The notes beneath the pieces are model-generated. The model saw nothing but the letters and a program-made list of their open reading frames with translations. It made no database searches and was not told the origin of the DNA. 64,000 bases of DNA, taken from positions 28,051 through 92,050 of the forward strand of contig JAJDAN010000038.1 in the NCBI GenBank assembly GCA_029261855.1. Direction: 5' to 3'. Origin of the DNA: Deltaproteobacteria bacterium. Lineage in GTDB: Bacteria; Myxococcota_A; UBA9160; UBA4427. The position numbers and the translations under genes were made by a program. Shown here in pieces: positions 38,510 through 47,186 of the stretch (positions within the stretch are counted from its first letter, which is position 1; every line of letters begins with the position of its first letter).

Positions 38510-39439
38510 TCATCGCGACCGCGAACGCAGGTAGCGGAGGGTCTGCCAGGCGGTGCCCGGACGCAGGCCCAGGACATCGCGCAGCGCCCGGTACAACAGG
38601 TGCAGCTTCACGATCCGCTTGTGCCGCGAAACACGCGCCGTCTCGTGCCAGCCGAGCTCGGCTGCGCGTTCCCCGACCTGGTCGAAGAGCCGGAACTCTT
38701 CGTCGAAGCGCAGCCGGTTGCGGGACTGGAGGGTGGTCGCGCTCTGTTCGTGTCGTCGGTACGCGTAGGCGACCTCATCGGACCCGACGAGGTGCTCGCC
38801 CTCCATCAAGAGCTGGATGCTGAGCGCGAGGTCCTGGACCTGGGCCCACGACTCGTCGAAACGGCGGGCGCCCAGTCGTTGCCTGCGGAAACAGAGGGTC
38901 GGACACATGATGAAGTTGCCGCGCATCAGCGCGGTGGCCCCGCTCTCGCCTTCGAGTCGGGTGACGCCGCGCCCGGACGGGGCGAGGAAACCCTTCACCG
39001 TGTCCGCCAGGGAGAACACGTCTTCGCCCCGGGAGCCGATGATGCGGGCGCCGCAGTAGAGCGCCACCGCATCCGGGTGATCCGCGGCCACGCGTCGAAG
39101 GCTCGCGACGTAGCCGGGGAGCAGCCGATCGTCGCCGTGCAGGAGCGTCACGAGATCCGTGTCTGCGAGCTCGAGGCAACGGTTCCAGTTCGCCACCATG
39201 CCGAGATTCGCCGGGTTGCGTAGGTAGCGGATGCGGGGGTCTCTGAAGGATGCAACCAGGGCTTCCGCCGTCTCGCTTCCGGACCCGCTGTCCCCGGAAT
39301 CGTCGACGACCCACAAGCGCCAGTCCGGGTCCGACTGCGCGACGACGCTGGCGACCGCCTCCCGCAGATAATCGAGGCCGTCGTAGAAGGGGATGGCGAT
39401 GCCATAGCTGTTGCTGCCGAGCGTCGTGTCAGCCGTCAT
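38510..39439 (-). CDS. glycosyltransferase family 2
   Basis: 309 aa from ATG 39439, which overlaps the upstream stop (ATGA at 39436-39439). IAIPFYDGLDYLREAVASVVAQS, WVVDDSGD, NLGMVANWN, LLHGDD. Confidence 0.8.
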   Translation of the reverse strand: MTADTTLGSNSYGIAIPFYDGLDYLREAVASVVAQSDPDWRLWVVDDSGDSGSGSETAEALVASFRDPRIRYLRNPANLGMVANWNRCLELADTDLVTLLHGDDRLLPGYVASLRRVAADHPDAVALYCGARIIGSRGEDVFSLADTVKGFLAPSGRGVTRLEGESGATALMRGNFIMCPTLCFRRQRLGARRFDESWAQVQDLALSIQLLMEGEHLVGSDEVAYAYRRHEQSATTLQSRNRLRFDEEFRLFDQVGERAAELGWHETARVSRHKRIVKLHLLYRALRDVLGLRPGTAWQTLRYLRSRSR

Positions 39440-40443
39440 GCCAGGCCGTCCTGGCGGGTCATCGCGCCGGGGCGCCTGCCCAGCAGGAAGACGCCGAGTC
39501 CGATGACGCCCCACAGCAGGGCTGCAGCCAGCACGGACAACGAGAGCGCGAGGGCGGCTTCGGGTCGCATGCCCACGGCACCGAAGAGCGATACGTACAG
39601 CAGCTCACGCACGCCGGTTCCGCCGATGGTCACGGGCAGCAGCGAGACGAGGGTCACGAAGGGGACGATCACCGCAAACCAGTACCAGGGCACGAGGGCG
39701 TCGAGCGGTACGGCCAGCATCACCAACGCGACGACGGGCAGCCCCTGGTTCAGGAGACTCCAGCCGAACGCGCGGACCACGACACCGGGCTGGTCGGCCA
39801 GGCCCGCGACCGCATCGAGCCCGCGTTCCCCAGCCTCGGCGACCCGGGGTGAAAGCAGGGACAGCCGTCGCGAGATCGCCACCAGCATGCGATTCACCGG
39901 CGGCAGCAATACCGCGACTGCGAAGAAGACGAAGGCGCCGCCCGCCAGCACCAACCCCACCACCAGGGCCCGGTCCCCTTCGATGGAGGGGACTGCCGGT
40001 GCGACGGCCAGCGCCACGGACCCGAGCGCCGCCAGGCTGAGGACGCGTTCGAGGACGATGACGCCCAGGACGCGCCCACCTGCGCCGGTGTCGCGTCGCG
40101 CATCCCAGAAGCGATACACGTCTCCGAGCATGGCGCCGGGCAGGACCAGGTTGAAGAAGCTGGCCACGAGATAGGCGCGGAAGAGGGTCCCGAGGTCGAC
40201 GTCGAGTCCAGCTCCGAGCAGCAGCCCGCGGAAGCGCAGCGCGCCGATGCCGAGACTGATTCCCAAGAGCAGCCAGGCGCCTCCGAACCAGGCCAGCGAC
40301 TCGAGCGGGGGACCCTGCCAGGCATCGAGCAGCAGGGACGCGATGTCCGTATCGCTCGATGAAAGAGCCAGCCGGAATGCGAGCGCGAGCCCGAGGGCGG
40401 CGACTCCGAAGCGGAGCGCCAGCACGACGGCACGCCGGGTCAC
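39436..40443 (-). CDS. flippase-like UPF0104 / LPG_synthase_TM-family membrane protein
   Basis: 335 aa, ~8 TM. FFNLVLPGAMLGDVYRFW and a C-terminal PVTIGGTGVRE pattern typical of this family. Confidence 0.75.
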   Translation of the reverse strand: MTRRAVVLALRFGVAALGLALAFRLALSSSDTDIASLLLDAWQGPPLESLAWFGGAWLLLGISLGIGALRFRGLLLGAGLDVDLGTLFRAYLVASFFNLVLPGAMLGDVYRFWDARRDTGAGGRVLGVIVLERVLSLAALGSVALAVAPAVPSIEGDRALVVGLVLAGGAFVFFAVAVLLPPVNRMLVAISRRLSLLSPRVAEAGERGLDAVAGLADQPGVVVRAFGWSLLNQGLPVVALVMLAVPLDALVPWYWFAVIVPFVTLVSLLPVTIGGTGVRELLYVSLFGAVGMRPEAALALSLSVLAAALLWGVIGLGVFLLGRRPGAMTRQDGLA

Positions 40444-40459
40444 CGGGACTCCAGGCGCG

Positions 40460-41467
40460 TCATTCCGCCGGCTTCGGAGGCTTCGGGGGCTGCGCGGGCC
40501 GAGAGGGTCGAGGGGACGCGGGCTCGAGGCGTCGGTGCAGGATATCCCGCGGAACGTTCTGCAGGTCGTAGCTGAGGAAGGCGAGGACGAGCTGGACCCC
40601 GACGATGACCGGCAGGGCGGCGACCATGACCGTTCCGCTCGTCGCCGGAACGTTCGCGCGGTAGCCCGCGATCCACTGGGTCGCCCCGAACCAGGTCCCG
40701 AAGCCGAGGAACATCCCGCCCGCCAGGATTTCGATCGAGGCGATATTGAAGTTCCGCAGGTAGTAGCTGTAGAAGATCCGCTTCACCGTGTTCACCACGT
40801 GCTTGCCTGTGAACTCTGCCAGCACCCGGCGAACGACGAGGTTGCTCGACTCGTCGGAATAGATGGCGGGCATCGGGACTTCGCAGACGACTGCGCGCAG
40901 GATGCCGAGACGGAAGAGCATGTCCGACTCGAAGAACCAGCCCTTGGAGATCTTCGCGAAGGGCAGGCGCCGCGCGACGGCTGCGTGGATCGCCGTGAAG
41001 CCGTTGGTCGGATCGAAGACGTTCCAGTAGCCGCTCGAGAGCTTGCTGGCGAACGAGAGCAGCGAGTTTCCGAGCACCCGGATCAGGGGCATGGAATCGA
41101 GGCCGTCGAGCTCGAAGAAACGGTTGCCCTTGACGTAGTCGGCTTCACCGTCCTGGATGGGTCGCGCCAGGCGCGGGATCCAGGCGGGATCCATCTGTCC
41201 GTCGCCATCGAGCTTGACGACGATCGCGGCGCCGGCGTCGAGGGCGGCCGCGTAGCCGGTCAGGGTTGCGGCGCCGACGCCCTGGTTCTTCGCGTGACGC
41301 AGCACCTTGACGCGCGGGTCGCGGCACTCGGCTTCGACATGGTCGCCCGTTCCTTCCGGGCAGGCGTCGTCCACGACGAAGATGGCCGGGCATTCCGGTC
41401 CGATGCCGGACAGAACGTCCAGGATGCGCGTCTTCACGCGATAGCACGGGATGACGACGGCAATCAT
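40460..41467 (-). CDS. GT2, polyprenyl-phosphate glycosyltransferase (GtrB/ArnC/DPM1-like) with C-terminal TM helices
   Basis: 335 aa. VVIPCYRV, VVDDACPEGTG, NQGVGAA, KLDGDGQMDP, two C-terminal TM segments, Pro-rich tail. Confidence 0.85.
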   Translation of the reverse strand: MIAVVIPCYRVKTRILDVLSGIGPECPAIFVVDDACPEGTGDHVEAECRDPRVKVLRHAKNQGVGAATLTGYAAALDAGAAIVVKLDGDGQMDPAWIPRLARPIQDGEADYVKGNRFFELDGLDSMPLIRVLGNSLLSFASKLSSGYWNVFDPTNGFTAIHAAVARRLPFAKISKGWFFESDMLFRLGILRAVVCEVPMPAIYSDESSNLVVRRVLAEFTGKHVVNTVKRIFYSYYLRNFNIASIEILAGGMFLGFGTWFGATQWIAGYRANVPATSGTVMVAALPVIVGVQLVLAFLSYDLQNVPRDILHRRLEPASPRPSRPAQPPKPPKPAE

Positions 41468-41534
41468 GCGCGATCCGCCGCGCAGCCTACCACAGCGGCG
41501 CGTTCCGTTCGTCCTGCAAGACTTTCGTGTCGCT

Positions 41535-43607
41535 TCACGGGCGCTCCGTCTGGGCGTTCGGCATGCGTCCCCACACCTGGTAATCGGCGTTCTGGTGGAT
41601 CTTCTGGAAGCCGGTCTCGCCGATGAGCGCGATCAGCTCGGGCCAGCGCAGGGCGCCCCGCGACAAGGCGACCACGCGCAGGTCGTCCTCGAGGATGGCA
41701 CTGCGCAGGAGCGCCAGGGATCTCGGACCGCCCGTCCGTCCCGAAACCAGACGCAGCAGCCGCATGCGGCGTTCGAGCTCGGCTTCCCCCAGCACCGGCG
41801 CCAGCACCGGCAGGTACTCGACGCGAACGACCACCGCTGCCGGGTGCTGGTGGAAGGTCGGGATCCACGGCGCGACGCGCACCGGTGCGAGCACGAGGTC
41901 TTGCGGACCGGTCGCTGCCACGATCGCGCGCGCGGCATCGAACTCGCTCTCGGGCACCTTCCAGCGGGGCGGCCCGAGCTGCACGAGATTCGAGGGAGAC
42001 AGCGCGAAGGACTTCGGGTTCAGCGCGACGAGCGCGCCGAAAACGAGAGTGGGCGCGACGGCCGCCATCGCCCAGGCGGTGCGGCCGTGCCGGCCCTCGA
42101 GTCCCGCGCTGAACACGATCGCGGTCAGTGCCGGCAGCGGCAGCAGCCAGAGCACGCGCCAGTAGGTGGCGGCGCTCGTCAGCTGGGCGGCGATCGCATC
42201 GGCAAAGAAGGGGTTCCAGAAAAGCACGGCAGCGCCGGCCGTGAACGCGCACAGACGGCTCGCGGTCCGGGTCTGCGCGAAGCCCCAGGCGCCGATCGCC
42301 ACGAAGAGCGCGAACGCGCCGGCCGGGCCGGAACCGAAGACCGCATCGACGGCCTGGCCGGCGAGCGCGCCGCTCGACAAGCTCATCTCCGGGCTCGGGA
42401 TCACGGCGTCGCGGAAGGCCGCCACGGTGTCTGCGCGCATCGACAAGGCCGCCGCGACGACATAGCTCGACGCGGCGAGTCCTGTCGCGAGGCGCTTCAG
42501 CGCGTCGCCCGGCCGCGCCGATGTCACGCTCGCCATCAGCGCGGTGCCGGCGACGACGGGCGCGAGCCAGAGCGCCGAGGCGCTGATCCCCACTGCCGCG
42601 ATCTGGGCGGCGGCGAGCATCAGCCACGCACGCGCGCCCCCGCGTCGCCCGAAGTCGAGTGCGTAGGCGAGCACGGCGGGCAGGGCGAGTGTCAGCAGCA
42701 GGCCCTTGCCCTGGTGCAGTCGCAGCAGTCCGAAGTTCGCCCAGCCGTGACTCGCGCTTGCGGCGAAGAGCAGGAAGGCAATGCAGATCGCCGTCGCGAC
42801 GGGCCACGCCTTCGGGGTCAGCGGGCGCATGCGACGGGCGTAGACGAAGGGCAGGAAGAACCCGGCGAGCGCCGGTAGCCAGAGGTGCGCGACGTCCAGG
42901 ACGGGCCGACCCGTGAGACGCGCGATCCCGCCCTGCAACAGCTCGAGGGAATGCAAGCGGTAGATCGGGAGGACGAGTGGCGCATCCGCGACCCGGTGCA
43001 GGGTGTCGGACGCCAGCAACGGTGCCCGGGGATCGTCGGCAGCCGAGACGGCGACGTTCAGGTAGAAGGAGTCGTCCGCGTCCGGCCTCTGGGCGAACAG
43101 CGCCACGGAGACGCATACGAGCGCCAGAACCACGAGTGCGCTCGTGGTCGCCGGTCCGTCCGTCCGCGCGGTCGCGGCTGGCGTCCCGGGTCGGGCGAAC
43201 GCGAGGATTTCGCGCAGGCAGCAGAACGCGACCGTGACCCCGGCGAGTGACCAGACGGCGGTGAGAGGCAGGTCGAGGGCGAGTCCCAGAGCGCACAGGC
43301 CAGCGCCTGCGATCACGAGCCCACGCGATCCGACGGTCTCCGTTGCCTGGGTCGTTCCCTCCGGTGCCGACTCGAGTGGGGCCGGTGGCGCGCATCCTTC
43401 GACGGGCGTGCGGTCCACCGCGCGCCGACGCGCCGCCACGAGACCGCATGCGAGGGCAGCGGTCCCGGCCGCGACTGCCATCGCTCCCAGCGCGTCGAGC
43501 CCCCATCCCAGCGCGACCGCCAGGTGCGCGCACAAAGTCCACAACGCGAAGGCGAGCACTCCGCCGTCGAAGACGCGATCGATGACCCGTACGAGCGAGG
43601 CGCTCAT
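41535..43607 (-). CDS. large polytopic membrane protein, family not recognised (possibly GT-C-like)
   Basis: 690 aa from ATG 43607, which overlaps the upstream stop (ATGA at 43604-43607). About 14 hydrophobic segments, a DADDSFYLNV loop after early TMs, and a C-terminal ~170-aa soluble domain. Confidence 0.65.
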   Translation of the reverse strand: MSASLVRVIDRVFDGGVLAFALWTLCAHLAVALGWGLDALGAMAVAAGTAALACGLVAARRRAVDRTPVEGCAPPAPLESAPEGTTQATETVGSRGLVIAGAGLCALGLALDLPLTAVWSLAGVTVAFCCLREILAFARPGTPAATARTDGPATTSALVVLALVCVSVALFAQRPDADDSFYLNVAVSAADDPRAPLLASDTLHRVADAPLVLPIYRLHSLELLQGGIARLTGRPVLDVAHLWLPALAGFFLPFVYARRMRPLTPKAWPVATAICIAFLLFAASASHGWANFGLLRLHQGKGLLLTLALPAVLAYALDFGRRGGARAWLMLAAAQIAAVGISASALWLAPVVAGTALMASVTSARPGDALKRLATGLAASSYVVAAALSMRADTVAAFRDAVIPSPEMSLSSGALAGQAVDAVFGSGPAGAFALFVAIGAWGFAQTRTASRLCAFTAGAAVLFWNPFFADAIAAQLTSAATYWRVLWLLPLPALTAIVFSAGLEGRHGRTAWAMAAVAPTLVFGALVALNPKSFALSPSNLVQLGPPRWKVPESEFDAARAIVAATGPQDLVLAPVRVAPWIPTFHQHPAAVVVRVEYLPVLAPVLGEAELERRMRLLRLVSGRTGGPRSLALLRSAILEDDLRVVALSRGALRWPELIALIGETGFQKIHQNADYQVWGRMPNAQTERP

Positions 43608-44560
43608 CGCAGGAACAGATCCTGGGCGACGCTCCTCCAGCCGTAGGAGAAACGTGCGTAGCGCCCCGCCCAGGCTTCGCGCTGGACCGCGCCGAGTCGC
43701 TCGAGCAGCCGCGGGGACAGGTCCCGCCGTGCACGTGCATGGGCGAGCTTCTCGTCGATGGCGCCGAGCAGCTGGGGGTCCGCATCCGCGAGCCGGGAGC
43801 GCGCGGCTTCGAAGAAGTCGATCGCGTACCCGAGAGCGTCCGTGTCGATCTGCTCGCGAGCCTTCGCGAGCTGATCGCGCAGGCCGAGCCGACGAATTCC
43901 GATCTGGTTGTCGCCGTGCACGCGATACCGGATGAGCGGGCGCTCGACGAGTGATATCCGCGCCCTCGCGGCGATGACGAACGCGGTGAAGGCATCGTGG
44001 CAGCTGCGCAGGTCCGGGAAGGGGAGCGCGTCGTCCCGGAAGTGGGCGCGAAACGCCATCGTCGTGCCGGCAGCGACGACATGGCGCAGGAAGACGGAGG
44101 CCGCGAGCCCGGCACGGACCCGGGCGCGCTCGCCCGCGTCGAAGCCGAGAGCCTGCCAGAGAGTCGTGCCGTGGGGCGAGAGGGTCGCGTCGACGACCTC
44201 GCCGTCGGAGAAGACGGCTCCCGTTTCGGGTTCGCGGGCGAGGACGCCCGTGAGCGTCTCGATCTTCTCGGGCAGCCAGACGTCGTCCTGGTCGGCGAGC
44301 AGGATGACGTCTCCGGTGCAGGCGGCGATCGCGCGTTCGAAGTTGCGCGTGATCCCCAGGCGTCGCTCGTTCTGTTGCGGTCGCACTGCGAAGCCTGCGC
44401 GGCCGGCGAACTGCTCGACACGTGCGAAGGTGGTATCCGTGGAGGCGTCGTCGACGACGACCAGCTCGTCGGGGGGCCGGCTCTGCTGGGCGATGCTCTC
44501 GAGCTGTTCTTCGATGAAGCGTTCTCCCTGGCAGCTCGCCATGGCGACCGAGACCTTCAC
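43604..44560 (-). CDS. glycosyltransferase family 2
   Basis: 318 aa from GTG 44560, which overlaps the upstream stop (GTGA at 44557-44560); ATG 44542 is an alternative. VVVDDASTDTT, LLADQDDVW. Confidence 0.8.
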   Translation of the reverse strand: MKVSVAMASCQGERFIEEQLESIAQQSRPPDELVVVDDASTDTTFARVEQFAGRAGFAVRPQQNERRLGITRNFERAIAACTGDVILLADQDDVWLPEKIETLTGVLAREPETGAVFSDGEVVDATLSPHGTTLWQALGFDAGERARVRAGLAASVFLRHVVAAGTTMAFRAHFRDDALPFPDLRSCHDAFTAFVIAARARISLVERPLIRYRVHGDNQIGIRRLGLRDQLAKAREQIDTDALGYAIDFFEAARSRLADADPQLLGAIDEKLAHARARRDLSPRLLERLGAVQREAWAGRYARFSYGWRSVAQDLFLR

Positions 44561-45681
44561 GGGCCGACCCCTTCGATCGCTCGAGCTGCCTTCTCTTCGG
44601 TCCGCTCCCCGGCTTTCTCGCCCGCCTTCTCGCCGGCCTTCGCTCCAACGACGAGCACCTCTTCGCCGACGGAGCGCCCGAGACGGATGAGTGCGAGCTC
44701 GAGCATCCAGAAGGCGATGCTCTCGATCCACGACGCCGGAGACACGCCGCGGACGCGCGCACCGGGGAGTTTCCCGTTGCGCTCGATCAGGGCGCTCGCC
44801 TGCCACACGAAGTGCGCACTGCTGCCCGGCGTCGAGACCTGGTGGATCCCGAATCCGGCGTCGCGGGTGGCTCGTTCGAGGGTCGCCGTATCGAACAGGT
44901 GCAGGTGCCGGGGCGGGTCCCAATGCAACCAGCTGGCACCAAAGGCGCGGGCCCCCAGGCTGCGGGTGTTCGGCGTTACGCACACGAGCAGGCCTCCCGG
45001 CGCCAGCAACTCGTGGCAGCGCCGAAGCGTCGCGACCGGGTCGGGGACGTGCTCGATGACGTGGGACAGTGTGATCGCGTCGAAGCTCCCCGGCGCGAGG
45101 GAGTCGTCGTCGAGGCTCGGCGCGACCGCAACGTCTGGCCCCAGGCGGTTCTCCGCCCCGGTGCGCGCGGCCGCGTCGGGCTCGACCCCCGCGACCTCCC
45201 ACCCGAAGTCGCGCATCCGCTCGAGGAAGGCGCCCGAGCCGCAGCCGACGTCGAGCAGTCTTCCCCTGCGCGCGACGGGCAACCACATGACGGCGTGCTC
45301 TGCGATCTCGCGCAGGGGTGGAACCAGGGCGAGGGCCCGTGCGAGCAGGCGTTCGATGGTGTCGGTGGCCGGCGGCTCCGGGTAGCCCATGCGCACCGCG
45401 GGAATGCCTCGGATGACCGCGCGTTCCAGGAGAGACGCGTCCGTGGGGTCGTCGTCTTCGTGGGTGTAGTAGCGGTCGTACAGCGCCCCGATTGCTTCGC
45501 GCGGTGGCATCGGGTCGAGCCAAACGAGGGAGCAGGACTCGCAGGTGAGCAGGCTCCACGGGACACCACCGGGGCCCGTGGCCGCAGCGTCGAAGAGACG
45601 ATCCTCGAGTCCTTCGTAGAGGGTCGCGCCCGGGCGTCCGCAGAGTGCGCACGCGTTGGCGACTTCCGCGGCTTCGGTCAC
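44557..45681 (-). CDS. class I SAM-dependent methyltransferase with N-terminal CxxC...CxxC zinc-ribbon-like segment
   Basis: About 374 aa. CALCG...CESCSLVWLDP, LLDVGCGSGAFL, ITLSHVIEHVPDP, and a C-terminal KAGEKAGEKAGE repeat tail. The start is ambiguous (GTG 45681 or GTG 45753). Confidence 0.75.
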   Translation of the reverse strand: MTEAAEVANACALCGRPGATLYEGLEDRLFDAAATGPGGVPWSLLTCESCSLVWLDPMPPREAIGALYDRYYTHEDDDPTDASLLERAVIRGIPAVRMGYPEPPATDTIERLLARALALVPPLREIAEHAVMWLPVARRGRLLDVGCGSGAFLERMRDFGWEVAGVEPDAAARTGAENRLGPDVAVAPSLDDDSLAPGSFDAITLSHVIEHVPDPVATLRRCHELLAPGGLLVCVTPNTRSLGARAFGASWLHWDPPRHLHLFDTATLERATRDAGFGIHQVSTPGSSAHFVWQASALIERNGKLPGARVRGVSPASWIESIAFWMLELALIRLGRSVGEEVLVVGAKAGEKAGEKAGERTEEKAARAIEGVGP

Positions 45682-45745
45682 CTGCGGAGTATCGCCGAAC
45701 CCCCTCCGGGAAGCGAGCGAGCTTTCTCCCGCCTCGGCCGTTGTC

Positions 45746-45772
45746 TTGCGCACGAGTTGCGTATCAGTTGCC
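45746..45772. promoter_or_regulatory. three direct TTGC(G/C) repeats at exact 11-bp spacing in a divergent promoter region
   Basis: TTGCG at 45746, TTGCG at 45757, TTGCC at 45768, plus TTGTC at 45741. They lie 30-56 bp upstream of the ATG at 45802. Confidence 0.3.
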
Positions 45773-45801
45773 GGCCGGGACGCGGTATCCTGCGGCCCTC
45801 C

Positions 45802-47184
45802 ATGTCGCCGATCGTCTGCCGTCGCGCCCCCCCTCCGTTCGTCGCGGTGCATGTCCTGATGGGGCTCCTCGTTGTGAGCGCGGCACTGTCCGGCTGCTCT
45901 TCCGGGCGGGACGCCGGACGGCCGGACGTCCTGCTCATCACCATCGACACGCTCCGCGCGGACTTCGTTCACAGCTACGGCTTCGCGGTCGAGACGACGC
46001 CCCGGATCGACGGCCTCGCGCAGCGGGGGGTCTTGTTCGAGATGGCCATCGCGGCATCGACCGCGACCGCGCCGTCTCACGCGTCCATCATGACCTCACG
46101 CTACGTCCGGGAGCACACGGTCGGATCCCTGAACGGCGCGACGCGCCTCGAAGGCATCGAGACCCTGGCTGACTCGTTCCGGGAAGCGGGCTACGACACC
46201 GCCGCGTTCGTGAGCAACGTCGTCCTGAAGGCGCGCAGCGGACTCGATCGCGGCTTCGACCACTACGACGACGAGCTCCCCGAGTCCGAGGCGAACCGCC
46301 TGATGTACTTCGAGCGCGTCGGCGCCGACACCGTCGCCCGCGCGCGCGCCTGGCTCGAGAAGCCCCGCGAGACGCCCTTCTTCGTGTGGGTCCACCTGCA
46401 GGACCCCCACGGCCCCTACACCCCCGGCGAACCGTGGTCGGAGCTGGCTCCCGAAGTGCCCCTGCGGACGGACCGCGCGTTGCCGGTGCTGAGCGTCAAC
46501 CGTGGCCGGGGCGGCATTCCCCACTACCAGGCGCTTCCAGGGGTCCGCAGGGGGCCGCGTTACGCCGGGCTGTACGCCGGTGAAGTGGCGCGGACGGACG
46601 CCCAGGTCGGCGAGCTGGTGGACGCGGCCGAGCGGGCAACCACGAGCGGGCTGGTGATCGCGCTGACCGCCGACCATGGGGAGAGCCTCGACGAGGACGG
46701 CTTCTTCTTCCAGCACGGCCACACGGCTTCGCCCGAGCAGGCGCAGGTCCCCCTCGTGATCGTGGCGCCGCAGCTTCCCACCCGCCGTATCGCCGGCGTC
46801 GTCAGTCACGTGGATCTTGCGCCGACCCTGCTCGAGCTGGCGAGCCTCGATCCCCTTCCCCACCAGAGCGGGATCTCCCTGGTGCCGTTCATGCGCGAGG
46901 GCCGGCCGCTTCCGCCGCGGGCCGTCCTCAGCGATGTCGGTCACGAGATCGGCGCGTACGACGCCGAGGGATACTGGACCATCAAGGTCTTCGGGGAAGG
47001 ACTGGACTGGCAGCGCTACCAGCGGGACGGCCGCGGCTTCCGCAAGGTCGACGAGCCGAAGCTGCCGTCGGACATCGACCGCTATCTCGCGCGCGAAGTG
47101 GAGCCCGTCCCCGCACGCGCCATGAGCGACCAGGACCTCGAGCGCCTTCGCGCCCTCGGCTACCTGCCGCCGGACCCCAACTAG
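45802..47184 (+). CDS. sulfatase-fold (alkaline-phosphatase superfamily) lipoprotein with variant active-site motif
   Basis: 460 aa. Signal peptide with canonical lipobox LSGC. LLITIDTLRAD metal-site motif, T-A-P-S-H (46066-46080) in place of C/S-x-P-x-R, WVHLQDPHGPY, LTADHGE. Confidence 0.8.
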   Translation: MSPIVCRRAPPPFVAVHVLMGLLVVSAALSGCSSGRDAGRPDVLLITIDTLRADFVHSYGFAVETTPRIDGLAQRGVLFEMAIAASTATAPSHASIMTSRYVREHTVGSLNGATRLEGIETLADSFREAGYDTAAFVSNVVLKARSGLDRGFDHYDDELPESEANRLMYFERVGADTVARARAWLEKPRETPFFVWVHLQDPHGPYTPGEPWSELAPEVPLRTDRALPVLSVNRGRGGIPHYQALPGVRRGPRYAGLYAGEVARTDAQVGELVDAAERATTSGLVIALTADHGESLDEDGFFFQHGHTASPEQAQVPLVIVAPQLPTRRIAGVVSHVDLAPTLLELASLDPLPHQSGISLVPFMREGRPLPPRAVLSDVGHEIGAYDAEGYWTIKVFGEGLDWQRYQRDGRGFRKVDEPKLPSDIDRYLAREVEPVPARAMSDQDLERLRALGYLPPDPN

Positions 47185-47186
47185 CC

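Noticed and set aside
41464-44421. 985-aa minus-strand ORF
   Set aside because: It is an alternative frame of the same strand as the 690-aa membrane protein and the GT2. Arg/Pro/Gly-rich with no motifs.
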